Shown in pieces: positions 59,201 through 64,000 of a stretch of 64,000 nucleotides of DNA (position 1 is its first letter; each line of letters begins with the position of its first letter). The DNA lies in contig CM030334.1 in the NCBI GenBank assembly GCA_017654855.1, forward strand, positions 2,728,001-2,792,000. The letters run 5' to 3'. The notes beneath the pieces are model-generated. The model saw only the letters and a list, made by a program, of their open reading frames with translations, was not told the origin of the DNA and searched no databases. Origin of the DNA: Podospora anserina (lineage: Eukaryota). The position numbers and the translations under genes were made by a program.

Positions 59201-60683
59201 CCTCAGCCTCATATCCCGACGCAGAGCTTCACTGGCTACGGTCCTCAGTACGGCCAGCCTGCTCCTCCTGCCCCTCGGCAACCTCTCCACGACAGCCAAG
59301 CCCGCGTGATTGCGAATCGTCGCCAGCAGGACAGTGAGGGTAAGTAACTTTGTTTCTATTTTGATTTGCAGTCTTGCCGAGTTGGCTAACAATGTCGAAG
59401 CGATGTCACGCTACCAGAACATGACGTTGGAGAAGGCTGAGGGCAACATCAACAGCCTGGCCAGAGATCAGCACGGCTGTAGGTTCCTGCAGAAGCAGCT
59501 CGAGAACCGTATTCCTCACGAGGTCCACGCCATCTACCGGGAGGTCTTGCCTCACGTTCACGAACTCATGATCGATCCCTTTGGCAACTACCTCTGCCAG
59601 AAGCTCCTCGAGTACTGTACAGACGACGAACGCACCGAGCTGATCAAGAACTCAGCCAAAGACATGGTGCCGATCGCGTTGAACCAACACGGTACTCGCG
59701 CCCTTCAAAAGATGATCGAACATGTGTCCAACGAGGTTCAGATTCAAATGATCACCGACGCCCTGAAGATGCAGGTCGTCACGCTGATCCAAGATCTGAA
59801 TGGCAACCACGTGATTCAGAAGTGCCTCAACAAGCTCAGCCCCGAGCAGTCTCACTTCATCTTCAACGCTGTCGGGGAGAACTGCATCGACGTGGGCACT
59901 CACCGTCACGGTTGCTGCGTCCTCCAGCGGTGCATTGATCATGCCAACGGCCAACAGAAGGCCTGGCTCATCCAATGCATCACCAACAATGCGTACCGCC
60001 TGGTCCAGGACCCCTTTGGCAACTACGTGATTCAATACATCATCGACCTGAACGAGCCTAGCTTCACCGAGCCCCTCGTTGCCCAGTTCCGCACCCACAT
60101 TCTGACGCTTTCCAAGCTCAAGTTCAGCTCCAATGTGGTGGAGAAGTGCCTTCGCTGCTCCTCGGAACAGTCCAAGAACATGATCGTCTCGGAGCTTCTG
60201 GATGCCGGAAGCGAGATTGAGCGCTGCCTCCGCGACTCATATGCCAACTATGTCTACCAGACGGCCCTTGACCACGGCACCAACGACATGAAGCAGCGCC
60301 TCGTCGACTTGATCCGCCCTCATCTTGCCTCGATTCGCAACACACCCTATGGTCGCCGCATCTCGGCCAAGATCTCGGCCTTTGACTCCAGCGGGATCAA
60401 TGCCAATACCCCCAATCAGCCGACTGTCCCTGCTGACCACACGGGTGGCCAGGTGTCTATTCGTCCTGCCCACCAGCGCGGCATGTCCAATAGCACCAAC
60501 AGCACGACGAGCACATTCCACGGATATGCTCCGAATGGTGTCAACGGCGCCAACGGCAACGTCAACCACGCCGCTGCCATCACGTACCCAGGGGGCCCGA
60601 GCCAGGCCCCGCCGCAGCCGCCCCGCGGTCAGCAGCACCCGCACCAGTTCCCTTCCGGACAGGCGGACAACAACTGGCTCTAA
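56274..60683 (+). CDS. puf4: Pumilio/PUF RNA-binding protein, Puf4/Mpt5-like; exons 56274-56516, 56659-56679, 56856-57319, 57874-58054, 58442-59339, 59401-60683
   Basis: Eight Pumilio repeats (DQHGCRFLQK, DPFGNYLCQK, NQHGTRALQK, DLNGNHVIQK, HRHGCCVLQR, DPFGNYVIQY, LKFSSNVVEK, DSYANYVYQT); five canonical introns preserve frame; start at 56274 or 56295. Confidence 0.88.
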
Positions 60684-61810
60684 ATCATCAGCACTGGGGT
60701 GTGTTTGGGATCATGGATGGATGATGGGTGTTTCTTATGGAGTTTGGTCTCTTACTTTTCTCTGCTACACTAGTCACGACAGCATGATGAGTGCTATGAC
60801 CGTCACGACCCCTTTCCCTTTTGCACTTGTTGTTTCAGTAACAACGACTGACACGGCACTCCCTCTTCAGCGGGCCCTCTTTGAAGCTCTGCTGTGTTGT
60901 ACACTATCTGCGCGACAGGGAGGATATCAGTGGAGGTGCGGTGGTTTTAGAAGGCTTTGTTTACAGCCTCTTTTCATTTCTTATGGGGTATCGGTCTCTT
61001 TTTTTCTTTCTTTTCTCGGTTCTCTGGCCTCGGCAGCCAGCCGTTGCTATTCGATCCGTCACCTTTGGCCTATTCTCGGGTGGTTGGCGCTCACGAGCCA
61101 AGTCGATTCCGCGACAAACAGCTCTCATCGAACATCTATACGCGTTCAAGATTCAGTCCTTTGCACCATCTTGCGTATACTGGGGCTCCAGAAGCAGGGA
61201 GTCTGGATATCACTTGGGGTTATCTGGGTATCTCTGTGGATATTCGGCTTTGGGAGTTCTGGCGGCGGCCACAGCTTTTGTTTGCTATGATTTACGGGGA
61301 TTGATGTTGCTTCAGAAAGGCGAAAGGGAAATTGGCTTTTTTGTTTGTTGTATTTTTGGTAGTGTACACTTTTTTCTTTTCTTTTCTTTCTTCGGCTCTT
61401 TTGATTCGCTCAAGAGGGTCTGATCTGCCGACATTACTCCGGATCCTTCCGCAAGGCTCTGGTCTCCTTTATTTGGGGGCACACTGTTTGAGGAGGGAGG
61501 AGGGGATGTTTGGTGGAGGAAAAGATTGTTGGGGTGGTGGACATGACTTTAGCGGTGATTAGGGGTGCTAGGATTGGGGCTTGGGCTTGATCTGGGTGTC
61601 TTTAGTTAGCTGGAAGGGTGGACACTATAACCTAGCGTATAGCGAATTGTTTTTGTATTTTACTTTTTTGATGATGCCTCCTGTGACTTGTGATCTTGAT
61701 GCCTTGGTGGTTGTTGTCGTAATACTCGTAGCTGACAAGATTAAGAGCTCTGGATGTTGAGGTGAGGTGGTCTGTGCGTAGGTTTGGTTTAATTGATTTT
61801 TGGCGGCCGA

Positions 61811-61837
61811 GTCGCGCGGCGCGTCATCCAGACGCGT
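61811..61837. promoter_or_regulatory. MCB-like elements upstream of rfc5
   Basis: ACGCGT at 61832-61837 plus adjacent CGCG/CGCGTC cores ~130 bp before the ATG. Confidence 0.55.
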
Positions 61838-61964
61838 GCTTTTCCGGAGCCCACCTTTTCAAGGCTTCCTTCCACCTGCACTTTCTAGTATTCTACCTCA
61901 ACTCTCTCCGAACAACTACCATCAAGCACAACAATTGATAGTAGTAGAAATTTGATCAAGCAAG

Positions 61965-63177
61965 ATGGCGCTCATTGTCGACAAGCACCGGCCCAGAAGT
62001 CTAGATGCTTTGACATATCATGATGAATTGTCTGATCGACTCCGTTCTTTGGTTTGTTTCCTCTCCCCTCCCCCTTTTGCAGCGACAATATCATCTAACT
62101 TTTTTTTGTTTTTGTTTGTGTGAATCTGCAGGCTCAATCAGGCGACTTCCCCCACCTCCTCTTCTACGGCCCTTCCGGAGCAGGCAAAAAGACTCGCATC
62201 GTCGCGACGCTCAAGGAGCTGTACGGCCCCGGTGTGGAAAAGATCAAGATTGACGCGCGGGTCTTCCAAACGAGCTCGAACAGGAAGCTCGAGTTTAACA
62301 TCGTCGCGAGCGTGTACCACCTCGAGATCACGCCGTCGGACGTGGGGAATTATGACAGGGTGGTGGTTCAGGACTTGCTGAAGGAGGTGGCGCAGACGCA
62401 GCAGGTTGATCAGAGCGCGAGGCAAAGGTTCAAGGTTGTGGTGATTAATGAGGCGGATCACTTGACGAGGGACGCGCAGGCTGCGCTGAGGAGGACGATG
62501 GAGAAGTATAGTCCGAATTTGAGGCTGATCTTGGTTGGGGAGAGCACGGCGGGGATTATTGCTCCGATTAGGAGTCGGTGTTTGCTTGTTAGGGTTGCGA
62601 GGCCGACGGTGGGGGAGGTGGAAGGGGTGTTGAGGGGGAGTTGTGAGAGGGAGGGGTGGGAGGTGAGGGAGGGGTTGGTGGGGAGGGTTGCGAGGGAGAG
62701 CGGGAGGAATTTGAGGAGGGCGTTGTTGATGTTGGAGGGGGTTTATGCGCAGAAGTGAGTTCTTTTTTTCGGGGGGGAGGGGGGCGAGATATAAGGGGTG
62801 GATTGGGGAGCTGACAAGAGAAAAACAGTGAGAAAGTGACGGACGACACACCGATCCCGCCCCCGGATTGGGAGGGACTGATTGAGCAGATTGCGCAGGA
62901 GATCATGGCTGAGCATACCTCCGCGAGGATCCTGCAGGTGAGGAGCAAGCTTTATGACTTGCTCACGCACTGCATCCCGCCGACGACCATCTTGAAGACG
63001 TTGACGTTTAAGCTGATGCCGCTGATTGATGATGATTTGAAGCCGGAGGTGATCAAGTGGAGTGCGTTTTATGAGCACAGGATAAAGACGGGGACAAAGG
63101 TGATTTTTCACTTGGAGGCGTTTGTGGCCAAGTTTATGAGGATATTGGAGATGTATTTGATGAGTATGGATATGTAG
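61965..63177 (+). CDS. rfc5: Replication factor C subunit 5 (38-kDa type); exons 61965-62051, 62132-62754, 62829-63177
   Basis: MALIVDKHRPRSL, PHLLFYGPSGAGKKT, VINEAD, APIRSRC, FHLEAFVAKFM; two canonical introns. Confidence 0.95.
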
Positions 63178-64000
63178 GGGGGTGATGCAGGGAAGAGGAC
63201 AAGAGCAGAGGGAGTTTGGCGTCTTAGGAGTGTATAATTGGGGCATGCCTGAGCTCAGAGACAGCCAGGCAGTCAGTTTACAAGTTAATACTCATTTGGA
63301 GCATCTTTGAGATACGTTGCTGGTGGTGTTGTGATAGCTGATGGAGGTGAGGCTTTAAGATCCAAGGAGGCATTCGATAACATAATATTGACAAATGGAT
63401 TGGTTAAGAACAAGGCGGCGGTGGTCTTCGTGGCATCATTGCCGGCTAATTGAATTGCTATGGCGACGGTATGGGGTTGATGAGATTCAGGTTGACCAAG
63501 ATGGGCTTTTTCTCGCTCTTCAAGATAATCTCACAACTCTGATACAAAATAGAGCATCCAATTCCAATATCACCATCTCTTGTACCTCCAAGAGCAGCAT
63601 CATCATCATCATCCATCTCCAACTCTCCCAACCCTGACCTTGAACTTGCAAAGACCAGACCCCACATTGTTCTCGGCCCCCGGGCAGCAGGCGGGCTGGC
63701 CCTTGCGTTAGCTTGTGAAGTCTGATTGGCCAGATGCTGACAAAGAGTGGGGTCGAATCGGTTTGGCATGCATCATTGCCGTGTGCCAAAGCGAACAAGG
63801 GTGGGTGGGTAAGTGTGCATTTCCAATTGTTCCCCCAATTCAGCCAGAAAACGCGTTTCGTGTCCTCTTTGAATGGTGAGGAAGTGTATTACGGCAAAGA
63901 CTCTAACCACTTGTACACACACCACGAAAAGGGCATCACTCCCACAGCGAACACCCGATAACGACGGAGCGAGTTGGTTTGCGCCGCAGTCGGTTTGAGA

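Noticed and set aside
36118-63177. ctf4, rad57 and rfc5 as a DNA-maintenance gene cluster
   Set aside because: Spread over 27 kb with unrelated genes between; compatible with chance.

Overview
Gene-dense euchromatic segment of a filamentous ascomycete (Sordariomycete, Podospora-like by inference from intron signals and composition). About 17 intron-containing or single-exon genes were reconstructed by hand: a FacC/Yat1-type carnitine acetyltransferase, a 2EXR protein, a small SET/post-SET protein, an MMU163-like protein, ypt1/Rab1, succinyl-CoA ligase beta, a DUF3245-like protein, a Gyp5-like TBC RabGAP, a conserved hypothetical protein, a WD40 protein, ctf4/sepB, rps8, a Cys-rich type I membrane protein, rad57, an acidic repeat orphan, RNA Pol III subunit 2, a PUF protein and rfc5. 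No tRNA, rRNA, intact transposon or CRISPR array was seen. The most notable signals are at the RNA level: (1) an apparent [D3,4] spliceosomal twin intron (stwintron) in ypt1, where removing an inner intron rebuilds the outer GTAAGT donor; (2) a ~65-bp-stem, G-U-rich, milRNA-precursor-like hairpin at 30-206; (3) a strand-specific long hairpin in an rps8 intron next to an 8-nt microexon; (4) a probable GC-AG intron; (5) an orphan gene with in-frame stops (A-to-I editing or decay). Family calls come from motif recognition, not database searches.
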